Virus record (IMG/VR): IMGVR_UViG_3300020042_012633
Span: 8,492 to 72,491 of that record
Direction: 5' to 3' (one strand)
Length of the DNA: 64,000 bases
From: a virus
Lineage: Duplodnaviria; Caudoviricetes
The notes under the pieces are model-generated. The model was not told the origin of the DNA and did no database searches. It was given only the letters and a program-made list of their open reading frames with translations. Positions within the stretch are counted from its first letter, which is position 1. Every line of letters begins with the position of its first letter. Of this stretch, positions 36,623-50,200 are shown in pieces. Both the position numbers and the translations under genes were made by a program.

Positions 36623-38053
36623 TTATCCCAAAGCAATAGCATATGCTAAAGCTGTATCTAATACATTTACTCCGTTTACATTAACCTGTCCTCCAGATAC
36701 ATTTATACTACCAGTTATTATAGTGCTACCTGATACTAGTAATGATCCTGTTATTATAGCTGATCCTGAGAATGGAAAAGTTGGTCTTCCACTTAATGCA
36801 AAAGATGCTGTTAGAGCATAAGAAGCACTTAGTGTAGGATTAGCACTTGTAAATATTGATCCTGTTACATAAGAGGCTGTTAGTGAATTTACTGCTTGAG
36901 AAGCACTTAAAGCGTAAGATGCACTAATAGAGTAGGAGCTTGATACTGCTTGAGAAGCACTTATTGCATAAGATGCACTAGTGGCATATGAACTTGATAC
37001 TGATTGTAAAACATAAGAAGCTGTTAGAGCATAAGAAGCACTTAGTGCAGGATTACTATTTGTAAAAATTGAGCCTGTTACGTAAGAGGCTGTTAGTGAA
37101 TTTACTGCTTGAGAAGCACTTAATGCATAAGATGCACTTTCTGCTTGCGATGAACTAACACTATAAGAAGCACTTAAAGCGTAAGAGCTTGATGCTGCTT
37201 GAGAAGCACTTAATGCATAAGATGCACTAGTAGCGTAAGATGAACTTAAAGCGTAAGATGAACTTAAAGCGTAAGATGAACTTAAAGCGTACGAAGCACT
37301 TAGTGCAGGGTTAGCACTACTAAATATTGAACCTGTTACATAAGATGCTGTTCCAGATAAAGAACCTGTAAAGGATGTAGCTGTTACATTACTATTAACT
37401 CGAAGACCACCTTGTTCTGATATAGAGGCTGATACTGAACCAGATACTATTTGTGATAGGTTTAAGCCTACTATTCCTGACGCAGGGATATTGTATAAGC
37501 CTGCTCCTGATCCTGAGAATGATCCTGTTATGCCTCCTGTAGCAAGTATAGATCCTGATAGTATTTGATTTCCTATAAAGGTATTTGAACCTGTAGTTGC
37601 AAATGATCCAGATTTAGCTGTAAAGATTGGATCTGTTTCTGCAAAATAGGAAGCTGTTAATGCGTAGGATGCAGTTGTACTATTATTAGAATAGGAACTT
37701 GATATAGATTTTGAACTTGAAACAGCCCACGATGCTGTACCAAATAATGAACCTGTTATTCCTTGAGATACGCTTAGTGATCCTGTAATTAGCAACGAAC
37801 CTGATATAACGGCGGATCCTGTATATGGAAAAGTTGAAACTACTGTAACTGTTGTTGTATTTCCAGTTCCAGATGCTACTACTCCTGCTCCTACAAAGTT
37901 AAGTGTTGTTACTGTAGAGGAAAGAGTTGATCCCTCATCTTTTGTTACTATTGTAGTTCCTCCACCTTCTCCTATAAAATAGGAAGCTGTTAATGCATTT
38001 ACTGCCCAAGATGCTGTTGCTATCTGTTTACCCTGTATTGGTTGTAATGCCAT
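36623..38053 (-). CDS. Tail fibre-like protein with SASYA/SSSYA repeats
   Basis: 476 aa; tandem ASYALS repeats, TGSLLVSGS modules and a KDEG-LNF module. Confidence 0.8.
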   Translation of the reverse strand: MALQPIQGKQIATASWAVNALTASYFIGEGGGTTIVTKDEGSTLSSTVTTLNFVGAGVVASGTGNTTTVTVVSTFPYTGSAVISGSLLITGSLSVSQGITGSLFGTASWAVSSSKSISSSYSNNSTTASYALTASYFAETDPIFTAKSGSFATTGSNTFIGNQILSGSILATGGITGSFSGSGAGLYNIPASGIVGLNLSQIVSGSVSASISEQGGLRVNSNVTATSFTGSLSGTASYVTGSIFSSANPALSASYALSSSYALSSSYALSSSYATSASYALSASQAASSSYALSASYSVSSSQAESASYALSASQAVNSLTASYVTGSIFTNSNPALSASYALTASYVLQSVSSSYATSASYAISASQAVSSSYSISASYALSASQAVNSLTASYVTGSIFTSANPTLSASYALTASFALSGRPTFPFSGSAIITGSLLVSGSTIITGSINVSGGQVNVNGVNVLDTALAYAIALG

Positions 38054-38056
38054 ATC

Positions 38057-39283
38057 TTATGTAAATTTACCTACCATTATTATTTGGTCTGTGCTATCTA
38101 ATGTATATCCTAAATTTGAAAAAGTTATAACAATGTTTGCTCCTGACTGAGCTGTTGCTCTGTTGTTTGCAGGTATAAATATTCCATTTATGTAAACTTG
38201 AAAGTCTTCTTCTCCTACAGAAGCAAAGTTTGTTGGTGCTGTTGCTATTGTTTTTACTAAGAACGTAGCAGTTGTGCTTGCTACTGTGTCTGCTAATGCT
38301 GTATTAGTTAGTCCTACGTATAGTATCTGTTCTGCTGTCATACCTGATTCTCCTTTTATTATTACTTGTCCCGTTGATAGTGGTTGATCATAAAACCTAG
38401 TTGCAGACCTTCTTACAGGTTCTAATGCTTTTTGTGTAAGAGATTGAATATCTCCTGCTGTTTCTATTCCAAAACTAACTGCTGCTTTAGAAAAGAATTT
38501 ATTTGGATTAGCTACTGATGTATTTATTGCATCTGAAACTATGTATCCTGCTATTTTTATTTGAAAAGAAGTTTTTACTGTACGATCTCCTCCATCTATT
38601 AGCTCAGTTGTTGTTGAATAGTTATCAATAGAGGCTCTAAACTTAAATCTTTCAGGATCTCCCCAGTAAGAATCCGATGCAAAGTTAACAGATTCTATTA
38701 TTTTATTCATTTGTTCTACGTATTCTGTAAAAATTACGCAGGTATATACTAGATTTACGTAGTCTGGCATGATAACTCCGTAGTATTCTTTGACTGGAAC
38801 TCTGTTATTTACAGTAGAAAAGTGATCATAGACGTTCTTTTTTGAGTATTTTTTCTCAAAAACACCAAAGTGAATTGGGTTATTTGCGTCCATTTTTTTG
38901 CCTAAAGTCCTGTTTTTCTCTATAGAATCACGTTTTACCATGATAAGAGGAGTCTGAATCTTACCGTTATTGTCTCTGTAAAATCCGTCTTTTTGCATAG
39001 AAGCCCACCTTTCAGGTGATCCGTATAGTATTGGTACGTTTACTTTTAAGCTGTTTTGGATTACTGATGGTCTGATTACATTATTGAAGTAGTAGAAGAT
39101 TGATTCGTCTACGTCTTTTAGTCCTACTGAGAATTGCTTTACGTCATCTCCTTTAACACTTTTCTGATTCTCTCTTCTTTTGTTAGCAGGTACAGGAGCT
39201 TTGCCTTGATTCAAATAAGGTTCAATGGTCTCTTGAGAAAGTTCTACTTGAGATTTTGGTATAGGTTTTCTAGTTAATGCCAT
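38057..39283 (-). CDS. Tail terminator / neck protein (T4 gp15-like) with C-terminal extension
   Basis: VPILYGSPERW...PLIMVKRDS...PDYVNLVY...EQMNKIIE; in the neck gene cluster. Confidence 0.7.
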   Translation of the reverse strand: MALTRKPIPKSQVELSQETIEPYLNQGKAPVPANKRRENQKSVKGDDVKQFSVGLKDVDESIFYYFNNVIRPSVIQNSLKVNVPILYGSPERWASMQKDGFYRDNNGKIQTPLIMVKRDSIEKNRTLGKKMDANNPIHFGVFEKKYSKKNVYDHFSTVNNRVPVKEYYGVIMPDYVNLVYTCVIFTEYVEQMNKIIESVNFASDSYWGDPERFKFRASIDNYSTTTELIDGGDRTVKTSFQIKIAGYIVSDAINTSVANPNKFFSKAAVSFGIETAGDIQSLTQKALEPVRRSATRFYDQPLSTGQVIIKGESGMTAEQILYVGLTNTALADTVASTTATFLVKTIATAPTNFASVGEEDFQVYINGIFIPANNRATAQSGANIVITFSNLGYTLDSTDQIIMVGKFT

Positions 39284-39771
39284 TAAATTCTTTGTTTAAG
39301 TAATCCTACTTTGTCTGCTCTTGTTAAGTGGCAGATACAAATAATTGAAAGTGTTCCTCCAAAGTTTGGTCCGTAAGTAGTCAGTGCATAGTTCTCGTCT
39401 TTTCCTAGGAATAACTGGTTCTCCGTGGTGTTATCTACTTCATAGTAATCCTCATTCCACTGCACTATATCTCCTACCTCAGGGAAGGTATTTGCGTCTA
39501 ATAAATCCTGTCTTAGAAATTTAAAGCTTACAGCTCTTATTGAGTCTACTCCGAAGTCGTCTACTGTTGTTTGTTGATCTCCTGTATCGATTAAACAGTT
39601 TAATTTTATTGGAGACCAGAATAATTTATCTTGAGCCTCTCCGTATATGTTTGCTGTAGTTTGTTCCAAAGATATTTTATGGTATAGAACTTCCTGCTCT
39701 ATTATATCCGATAATAGCTCTCTGTTTATTCCTACAAATAATTTAAAATCGTTTTGGCTTCCAAATATCAT
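39283..39771 (-). CDS. Neck / head-closure protein (T4 gp14-like)
   Basis: NIYGEA...DDFG...FPEVGDIVQWNEDYYEV. Confidence 0.7.
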   Translation of the reverse strand: MIFGSQNDFKLFVGINRELLSDIIEQEVLYHKISLEQTTANIYGEAQDKLFWSPIKLNCLIDTGDQQTTVDDFGVDSIRAVSFKFLRQDLLDANTFPEVGDIVQWNEDYYEVDNTTENQLFLGKDENYALTTYGPNFGGTLSIICICHLTRADKVGLLKQRI

Positions 39772-40076
39772 TATTCTATTTTTTCAATTGACTTAATTGA
39801 GATCTCTACCTTTTTAATATTTGGTACTAATTTAAAAGTGTCTTTTTTTAATTTTTCAAATACGACTGGTCCTGGTTTTGCTGTAAGTATTTTTACTTTT
39901 AGGATTACTATCCTAGTACTCTCATTTGAATCTACTGCTGATACCCTTGTTACTCCAGGCATAGCTCTTACAAAGTCAGCTACTTCAGATGCTGTTATTT
40001 CATCTGTGTGACCTACTCGAACCAATCCTTGGTACATTGTGAATGTTACTTCACTTATTAAATTTTTTACTTTCAT
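39771..40076 (-). CDS. Hypothetical protein within the neck cluster
   Basis: 101 aa, translationally coupled at both ends (1-nt overlaps). Confidence 0.7.
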   Translation of the reverse strand: MKVKNLISEVTFTMYQGLVRVGHTDEITASEVADFVRAMPGVTRVSAVDSNESTRIVILKVKILTAKPGPVVFEKLKKDTFKLVPNIKKVEISIKSIEKIE

Positions 40077-41233
40077 TATCCTACAAATATTACCATTGGA
40101 ACTTGTTTCAGTGTATCTTGTAAAAAGTTTGCTTCTTGAGACTTTCTTTCTAATTGTGATACTCTTGATGTCTTTTCTAACATATCTCTTAAGTTAGTAA
40201 TTAATGCTTCTTTTTCCGACCGTGAATCTGCTAACAGGTCTTGTTGGTTTAAAGTTGCTTCTGAGCCAGGAACTGGTACTGTTGTGTACTTGCCCCTAAC
40301 ATACGCTAATGATTCTTTTGCAAGAGCCAAAGCATATTTATAAATCCACTGTCTTCCCATTGGATTAACTGCACTATATGTTGGATTTTCATAAGGTACG
40401 TTCGATATATTTGTAATAGATCCTCCTACTCCTCCTGGAGTTGAAGCTGAGTCATCTAATAGTTGCTTGTCTGTTAGCTTATAGTATTCGAACCAAATTA
40501 ATCCAGCTGATTTTGGAGTTGGGAAAAGTCTTAGTTTATTATTATGTACTTCAAAAGAGTATGCTGATTTTCTTACTTGGTCATTAAACTCTATTGCTTG
40601 TACTTTTAGTAAGTCATAAGAGATTGGCATAAGAAGGAAGTTTACCCCTGGTGAGAATGAACCAAAATCAAATGCATCCATAAGAGATTGAATACCTGTT
40701 CCAGTTCCTGCGTAAGGGTCAAAGTATCTCATGATAGCAGGTGGTGCTTCGTAGTACACTTTTCGTATTTCTATACCTCCTGTTATTCCCTCAGCTTTTG
40801 CCCATGCGTTAAGATCGTACTCTTGTATGCTTGAAGAAACATTTATGTACCCTTTATTTAACGTGACGTTTCCTCCTACTCCGGCTTCTGTTCCATATGC
40901 TGAGGTTATTCTGATTACGTTTTGAAGACTTGGAGTTATTACCGCTTCGTTTAAAGGATTGTTTATATCTCCTCCTTCTAACGATATGTAATTTTGAACT
41001 GCAAGAGCTTGGTACACTTCGTTACCATAAGTGGTAAGTGCTTCTTCAAAGCAAGCATATAAAGATCCTGATGTTAGTTCTACATCCATTAAAGGATATC
41101 CTAAACGTATTGCACAGAATTTTGCTACTTTATCGGCTTCTGATTGAAAGGATGTATCACTATCGTAGAATCCAAATGGAGTTTGGCCTGCTTTAAAAGT
41201 AGAACTGCCATTCCATATTTGTATGTTAGCCAT
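40076..41233 (-). CDS. Neck / head-tail adaptor protein (T4 gp13-like)
   Basis: RLGYPLMDVELT...WIYKYALALAKESLAYVRGKY...EKEALITNL. Confidence 0.8.
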   Translation of the reverse strand: MANIQIWNGSSTFKAGQTPFGFYDSDTSFQSEADKVAKFCAIRLGYPLMDVELTSGSLYACFEEALTTYGNEVYQALAVQNYISLEGGDINNPLNEAVITPSLQNVIRITSAYGTEAGVGGNVTLNKGYINVSSSIQEYDLNAWAKAEGITGGIEIRKVYYEAPPAIMRYFDPYAGTGTGIQSLMDAFDFGSFSPGVNFLLMPISYDLLKVQAIEFNDQVRKSAYSFEVHNNKLRLFPTPKSAGLIWFEYYKLTDKQLLDDSASTPGGVGGSITNISNVPYENPTYSAVNPMGRQWIYKYALALAKESLAYVRGKYTTVPVPGSEATLNQQDLLADSRSEKEALITNLRDMLEKTSRVSQLERKSQEANFLQDTLKQVPMVIFVG

Positions 41234-41252
41234 GTTATTTGTTTATTTTTAT

Positions 41253-41260
41253 TATAAATA
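41253..41260 (-). promoter_or_regulatory. Putative late promoter TATTTATA upstream of the neck genes
   Basis: Intergenic copy. Confidence 0.6.
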
Positions 41261-41294
41261 TCAACCTATTTCAATAGCTAGTATTTTTGTAGAA

Positions 41295-44200
41295 TTAACC
41301 TACTCCTTGCGATCCTAGCCTTCTTACTACTGATGTTCCTTCTGATCCTGTTGTTAGCCAACCTGTTGTTGTACCTGTTAAGGTACTATTAGGTCCTGCA
41401 AACCATGTCCATGGTCCTGATCCTGAGGTTGCTGTTGAATTTACAACGTCTAGGTAATCTGACATTACTAATCCTGCTGGTGATTTACTTAGTGAGCCAC
41501 CAGTAAGATAAACTCGATTACCTGGTGTTCCTTTAACATCAAAATGTCCTACAGTTTGAGTAGTACCTGTAGCTAGAGACATTGTATGAGCTGAAGTTCC
41601 TGTGTCTCTTAGGTTTGTAAATGTATTACTTCCTTGAAAATGGTTAATGCCATTTGATGATCCTCTAGCAAAAACTACTTCGCCGTATGTTGGACTACCT
41701 CCACTAAAAGTAACAGCACTATTAGATGTATTGCTCATCTTTATAGTAGTATTAGGAAGATATATAGTAGAAGTAGTTGGAATAATCCAAGCTGAACCTG
41801 TTCCTGTTACTGTTATTGTATTAACAGTAGAACTACTAATATTACAGTTACCTAATACATTTAAGGAACCTATACTTAGAATATTCATATTTGATGCTGA
41901 TAGAAATCCTTCAATAGTTATTGATCCTGATGATGAGAAGTTGTCTAACAAGCTTTGAGTATATGGGGACTCTACTTTAATGGACTTTGTGAAAACCTTA
42001 CCAGCTGTTTTTATAGTTCCATTACCATTGAATACTAAATCTGGAGTGGATGTTATGTCTGTAACAGTTCCTAGTGTTAGGCTTCCTGATATATTGAGAG
42101 TTTGGTTATTTGTATTATTCCAGTTTGCTCTAGTAGTAGATATAAATAGTAGATTTGATATAGCTGCCGATAAAAAGGATAGTTGAAATGGTGATGTACT
42201 GTTTACAAAAACATTAGGTTTACCACTAGTGCCTAATGAAGCAGTAATAGGGCCTGTTCCTGTTCCTCCTATATAGAGATTGGTTGAGTAAAAAGTTGGA
42301 CTAAATTCAATTGATCTTGATGTAGCTGAACTTCCACTAATAAGTATGTTAGTTATGCTTGATGTATATTGTACGGGTGCAAAATTAAGCAGTGAACCAG
42401 TTCCTAGATAGTGTAGGCTTGTTGCTGATATTTTGTTTGATGAAGCTCCTTGTGCTAATATGGAGCCAACATATATATTGTTTGAGGCAGATAGTTCTGC
42501 GTTTTCTAACGTAAGTATTGAACTTGAAAAATTATTGGCCACTGCTACGGCAGAATTTATAATAGTTACTGGTGCGTTAGAAAGAATGCTTCCAGTTACG
42601 TTAAGATCTGGGGTTTCGAGTATCGTTAGTGTTCCTGTCTTTAGTTGCTCTTCTACTAGGGATAGGGAGTTAAATCCCGATCCAGAAAGAAGTAAATTAG
42701 GAGTTGCAGTAGTGCTTATTGAACTTGATAAAGTTAAGCTTCCGGTTATAGTTAAAGTCTGTCCCGCTACGTTATTCCAGTTTGCAGTACTACTTGATAT
42801 AAACGATAGGCTTGATATTGTAGAAGTTGCAAAAGTTATAGGTGATGCTGCTGTACTAGTTACGTATACATTTGGCTTAGCTATTGTTCCAAAAGAGCCT
42901 GTTATTGATCCTCCTCCAGCTCCTCCTAAGAATATTGTTGAGGGTCTAAACTGACTGTCGTAGTCAATTAATCTTGTTTGAGCTGTACTTCCATTATAGT
43001 ACAGAGTATTCATACTAGAGGTAAAGTTTAGTACTGCTGGAAGTGGCAGTGAACTTGTCCCTGTATAGTATACGGTATCTGCTATAAGGCTTTTACGTAA
43101 TGTTCCAAGTACGTATAGTGGTCCAATAGATATGGTATTTGGAGCAGTTATGCTTGCTGCATCATCTAATGTAAGGGTACTACTTGAAAAATTATTAGTT
43201 ACTGCTACTGAGCTTGATAAAATCGTAACTGCAGCATTACTTATTAGGCTTCCAGATACTTCAATAGCATTTGGAGTATCAATTGTAAGATTGCCAGTTT
43301 TTAGCTGTTTATCTACTAATTTTAAAGAAGTAAAACTTGAACCAGATAAAATTAAATTAGGAGTTGCGCTAGAGGTCATTGAACCTGTTAATTCCAACTT
43401 TTCAGTTATAGTTACATCTTGTCCTGCTACATTGCTCCAATTTACATTACTACTTGATATAAAAAATAACGAGTTTAATCTAGATGTGGAGAATGATATA
43501 GGAGCTCTTCCAGTATTGGTTACATATACGTATGGAACTCTAGTTGAGCCTAATGAAGCTGATATTGTTCCTGATCCGCTACCTGCTAAATAAACTAAAC
43601 CAGTTTTATGCACACTATCAAACGTAAGAATTCTTTGTGCTGTAGCACTTCCTGTAACGTATATGGCAGTTAATTCAGGAGTAATATTAAAAGCACTAAT
43701 ATCACCACTATTTGTGTATAAGTTACTAATTCCGGTATAAAGTAGATTAGGCGTATTTAGTGTTTTTGTTGCAGTTCCTGATCCGATAGCTAGGTTTCCA
43801 AGAGTTATATCTTCTGAAGCAGAGACAGTTCCTTGATTAATAGTAAGCGTATTTGCAACTATATTAGTTGTCGTAAGTCCTAAATCTACACTACCAGAAC
43901 TAACGGTTAATGCTCCTGCAGTAAACTTAGAACCAGATAAACCAAACGTACCTCCTCCACCTAAAGTAAGTCCACTACTTGAAAAATCATTTTGTACCGC
44001 TACAGAACTAGTGTGGACAGTAACTGCTCCACTACTTGTTAGACTACCAGATATTATAATTGCATTAGGAGTATTGATTGTTAGCGAACCTATTTTTAAT
44101 TCCTTACCTGCTAATTCAATTGAAGTGAAATTAGAACCAGAAAGGATTAAATTAGAAGTTTCTGTAACAGTCATTGAGCTTGTTAAGGTTAGGTTTCCTC

Positions 44201-47200
44201 CTATAGTCAAAGTTTCTCCTGTTACATTGTCCCAGGTTACTGTAGTTCCATTTGAAAAAATTACAGGTCCAGATGTAGAAGTGGAAAAAGATATAGTAGC
44301 TCCTCCAGTATTAGTTACATATACATTTGGTCTTTTAGTTGTTCCAAAACCAGCTGTTATTAAACCTGATCCATTACCTGCTAAGTAGATATTTGGAGCG
44401 TTGAAAATGTTATCTAGTGTTAAAGTTCTTGGAAAAGGGGTACTTCCAGTAATGTATATGTTGGTAATTGAAGGTGTTAGGTTTGCTAATGATGCTGAGG
44501 TGTATAGTGTACCATTTGTAGGAAAGTATAGGTTAGGAGTAGTTAACTCTTTTACACCAGCTCCGGTTGCTAAGAATGACCCTATTGATAAATTATTTGG
44601 AGAGTATACAGTTCCAGCAGTTAGTGAAAGTTGGCCTGCAACTATATTAGTTGTCGTAAGTCCTAAATCTACACTACCAGAACTAACGGTTAATGCTCCT
44701 GCAGTAAAGCTAGAACCAGACGGAGTAAACCTACCTCCGCCACCTAAAGTAAGTCCACTACTTGAAAAATCATTCATCACTGTTAGAGAACTAGTGTAGA
44801 CAGTAACTGCTCCACTACTTGTTAGACTACCAGATATTGTAATTGCATTAGGAGTGTTGATCGTAAGATCGCCAATTTTTAGTTCTTTACTTGCTAGTTC
44901 TATAGAATTAAAAGCAGAACTAGAAAGGATTAAATTAGAAGTTTGTGTAACAGTCATTGAACCTGTTAAGGTTAAATTTCCTGCTATCGTTAAATTTTTT
45001 CCTGCTGCATTACTCCAATTTGCAGTACTACCTGATATATATGATAGACTTGATATTGTTGAGGTTTCAAAAGATATAGGAGCTTGTCCTGTATTAGTTA
45101 CGTATACATTTGGTCTTTTGGTTGTTCCTAGATCTGCTGATATTTGTCCTGTTCCATCACCTGCTAAATAAACTAGAGGAGCATTGTGTATAATGGTGAA
45201 TGTAAGAATTCTTGGACTTGCAGCACTTCCTGTAACGTATATGGCAGTTAGTTGAGGAGTAAAAGAGAAGGTTCCGTCACCATTTACGTATAGGTTACCA
45301 ATTCCTGTATAAAGTAGATTAGGTGTACTTATTACAGCATTTGCACTATTTCCTCCTTGAGTATATAAATTTCCAAGAGTTATATCTTTCGAAGCAGAGA
45401 CAGTTCCTACATTATGAGTAAATGTGTTTGTAATTATATTAGTTGTCGTAAGTCCTAAATCTACACTACCAGAAGTAACGGTTAGTGCTCCTACAGTAAA
45501 GCTAGAACCAGACGGAGTAAGTTTACCTCCCTTTGTTAGGGTAAGTTGACTACTTGAAAAATTATTCATTACTGTTACAGGACTTTGTATAATATCAACA
45601 CTAATACTACTTGTTAGGCTACCAGATACTGTAATTCTATTAGGAGTGTCAATGGTTAGTGAGCCTACTTTTAATTCCTTACCTGCTAAGTCAATGGAAG
45701 TAAAATTAGAACCAGAAAGAGTTAGATTAGGAGTTGCACTAGAGGTCATTGAACCTGTTAGAGTTAACTTTCCTGCTATAGTTAGATACTCTCCTGCTAT
45801 ATTATACCATTCTACGTTGCTACTTGATACAAAAGATAGACTCGATATTGTTGAGGTTTCAAAAGATATAGGAGCTCTTCCAGTATTAGTTACATATATA
45901 TCTGGTCTTCTGGTTGTTCCAAAACCAGCTGTTATATTTCCTATTCCATTACCTGCTAAATAGACACTTGGAGCATAGAAGTCATCGTCTAGTATTAATA
46001 TTCTTAAAGAATTGGTACTTCCAGTAACGTATATGTTACTAATACTTGATGTTACGTTTAAGCCCTGCTGATCGTATAGTTGGTTTGTTCCATGAAAAGA
46101 TAGATTAGGGATAATTATTTTTTTTGTTGTACTATCGTAGGTGGTGAGATTTCCCATTGCTACGTCTTTTGAAGAAGAAATAGTTCCAGCATACATATCC
46201 ACAGAGCTTAGACTGCTTGTTGCAAGACTTAAATCTATACTACCAGAATTAACGGTTAATGTTCCTACAGTAAACTTAGAATTTAAAAATGGAGTAAAAC
46301 TAGATCCTCCACCTAAGGTAAATACACTACTTGAAATATTGTTCTCTACTTTTACAGAACTATTAAAAATGTTTATTGCTACACCACTACTTGTTAGGCT
46401 ACTGGATATAGTAATTATATTGGGAGTGTTAATGGTTAGTGAGCCTACTTTTAATTCTTTATTTGCTAAATCAATTGAAGTAAAATTAGAACCAGATAAA
46501 ATTAAATTAGGAGTTGCACTAGAAGTCATTGAACCTGTTAAGGTTAAATTTCCTGCTATGGTTAAATCTTGTACTACTACATTATTCCAGTTTGCAGTAC
46601 TACCTGATATAAAAGATAGGCCTGATATTGTAGAGGAGTTGAATGATATTTGAGCTTGTCCTGTATTGGTTACGTATACATTTGGTCTTTTAGTTGTTCC
46701 AAGATTTGCTGTTATATATCCTGATCCATTGCCTGCTAAGTAGGTATTTGGAGCATTGTGTGTAGTATCAAACGTAAGAATTCTTTGTGCTGTAGCACTT
46801 CCTGTAACGTATATGGCAGTTAGTGGAGGAGTGAAGGTAAGGTTACTACCATTATTTGTATACAGTGTATCTATTCCCGTATAAAGTAAGTTGGGTGTGT
46901 TTATTACTTTTGTAGTAGCTCCTGTGGCTACAAGATTTCCTATTGTTAAGCCTTTTGAAGAAGATATGATTCCCTCAGTTAGTGTAACAGTTCCAATAGT
47001 GTTTATTGTAGGATCTAGGTTTATGCTACCACTAAGAATCTGTAACGCTCCTACATCAAATTTAGAGTTTAGAGATCCACTAAACCTACTTCCTCCACCT
47101 AAAGTAAACGTAGAACTTGAAATATCATTTTGTACTTTTACAGAACTACTAAAGATGTTTATTGCTATGCTACTAGTTAAGCTACCAGATATATTAATTA

Positions 47201-50200
47201 TATTAGGAGTGTTAATTGTAAGATCACCAGTTCGCAATTCCTTACCTGCTAAATCAATTGAAGTAAAGCCAGATCCAGAAAGAAGTAAATTAGGAGTTGC
47301 ACTAGAGGTCATTGAACCTGTTAAGGTTAAATTTCCTGCTATAGTTAGGGTTTGGTTTGCTTGATTATTCCAATTTGCAGTACTACTTGATATAAATGAT
47401 AGGTTTGCTATTGTGGAATCGTAAAAAGATATAGAGGTTGGTCCTCCTGTGGTAGTTACGTATACATTAGGTTTTCTAGTTGTTCCAAAACTAGCTGCTA
47501 TTATTCCTGCTCCATTACCTGCTAAGTATATATTTGGAGCGTTGAAGTTATTACTTAGTAGTAGGGTTTTAGTATTTGCTGAGCTTCCTGTAACGTATAT
47601 ATTACCAATACTTGATGTTATGTCTGAGTCCTCCTCATCATATAAGTTACCACTTCCTGTAAAAATTAAATTTGGAGCAGTTATTATTTTTCTAACTCCA
47701 TCGCCGCTGGAGCGGAGTATTCCTATTGTTAGGTCTTTTGAAGATGAAACACTTCCTTGAGCAATTGCAAGTTCATCAATACTGCTTGTTGCAAGGCTTA
47801 GGTCTATGCTACTTGATGTAAGTACGTATAGGGTTTGTGCTGTAAACTTAGAATTTAAAAATGGAGTAAAGCTAGATCCCTTTTGTATAGTAAACCATTT
47901 ACTTGTAATATCATTTTCTATTTTTACAGAACTAGTATTGTTAATGTATATATCAATACTACTTGTTAGGCTACTAGATATAGTAATTACATTAGGAGTG
48001 TTAATGGTTAGTGAGCCTACTTTTAATTCCTTACCTGCTAAATCAATTGAGGTGAAAGCAGAACTAGTAAGAAGTAAGGCGGGAGTCAAACTAGTAGTCA
48101 TTGAACCTGTTAAGGTTAAATTTCCTGCTATAGTTAAAGTTTTTCCTGCTGCATTATTCCAGTCTACATTGCTACTTGATATAAAAGATAGGCCTGATAT
48201 TATGGAGGTTTCAAAGGATATAGGAGCTTGTCCTGTATTGGTTACGTATACATTTGGTCTTTTAGTTGTTCCAAGATTTGCTACTATCTCCCCTATTCCA
48301 TCACCTCCTAAGTAGACCAATGAAGCAGTATGTACAGTATCAAATGTAAGAGTTCTTGCTATTGCGCTACTTCCTGTAACGTATATGGCAGTTAATGGAG
48401 GAGTGAAAGTAAAATTAGTACCACTATTTGTATACAGTGTATCTATTCCCGTATAAAGTAAGTTGGGTGTGTTTATAATTTTTGTAGTAGTTCCTGATGC
48501 TATGGTTAGATTTACAAGAGTTAGATCTTTTGAAGAAGATATGTTTCCAGCAGTTATTGAAACAGCTCCAATAGTGTTTATTGTAGGATCTAAGTTTATG
48601 CTACCAGAAAGTATGTTTAACGCTCCTACATCAAATTTAGAGTTTAGAGATCCACTAAACCTACTTCCTCCACCTAAAGTAAAAGCACTACTTGATATAT
48701 CATTTTGTACTTTTACAGAACTACTAAAAATATTTATAGCTATACTACTAGTTAAACTACCAGATATATTAATTAAATTAGGAGTGTTAATGGTTAATGA
48801 ACCTATTGCTAGTTCTTTACCTGCTAAATCAATTGAAGTAAAATTAGAACTAGATAAGAGTAGGCTAGGAGTTGCACTAGAGGTCATTGAACCTGTTAGT
48901 GCTAAATTTCCTACTATGGTTAAAGTGTTTCCTACTACATTATTCCAGTTTACGTTACTACTTGATACGAACGATAGACTAGATATTGTTGAATTTACAA
49001 AAGTTATAGGAGCTTGTCCAGTATTGGTTACGTATACATTTGGTCTTTTGATTGCTAAAAATGAAGATGTTATTGGTCCTATTCCATCACCTCCTAAGTA
49101 GACCAATGAAGCAGTATGTACAGAGTCAAACGTAAGAGTTCTACCAGCTGCAGCGCTTCCTGTAACGTATATAGCAGTTAATAGAGGAATAAAATTAAAA
49201 TCAGTACTAGTATTTAAGTATAAACTACCAATTCCTGTATAAAGTATGTTAGGTGTATTTATAGTTTTCGTACTGCCAATGGTTGCTGAGAGAGTTCCTA
49301 TTAACAGGTCTCTTGAAGAAGATATGTTTCCAGCAGTTATTGAAACAGCTCCAATAGTGTTTATTGTTGGATCTAGATTTATACTACCAGAAGTAATTGC
49401 TAAAGCCCCTACGTTGAAATTAGTACCCAAAGATCCACTAAACCTACTTCCTCCACCTAAAGTGAATGTACTACTTGATATATCATTTTGTATTTTTATA
49501 GAACTACTAAAAATATTTATAGCTATACTGCTAGTTAAACTACCAGATATAGTAATTAAATTAGGAGTGTTAATGGTTAGTGAACCAGTTTGTAATTCTT
49601 TACCTACTAGGTCTATTGAAGTAAAATTAGAACCGGAGAGGATTAAATTAGGAGTTGCACTAGAGCTCATTGAGCTTGTTAGAGCTAAGTTTCCTACTAT
49701 GGTTAGAGTTTGGCTTGCTTGGTTATTCCAATTTGCAGTACTACCTGATACAAATGATAGGCCTGATATTGTAGAAGTGAAGAAAGATATAGGAGCTTGT
49801 CCTGTATTAGTTACGTATACGTTTGGCTTAGAACCTGATCCAAGACCTGCTTTTATGTACCCTGTTCCATTGCCTGCTAAATAGACCAAAGAAGCAGTAA
49901 GTATGTTGTCAAACGTAAGAATTCTGTCACTTGCGGCACTTCCTGTAACGTATATAGCGGTTAATGGAGGAGTGAAAGTAAAATTAGTACCACTATTTGT
50001 ATAAAGTGTACCTATTCCTGTAAAGAGTAGGTTAGGTGTGTTTATAATTTTTGCACCACTTCCGGTTGTTAGAAGTGTTGCTATGGTTAGATCTTTTGAA
50101 GAAGATATGTTTCCAGCAGCTAGTGTAACGTCTCCAATAGTGTTTATTGTAGGATCTAAGTTTATGCTACCAGAAGTAATAGCCAATGCTCCTACGTTGA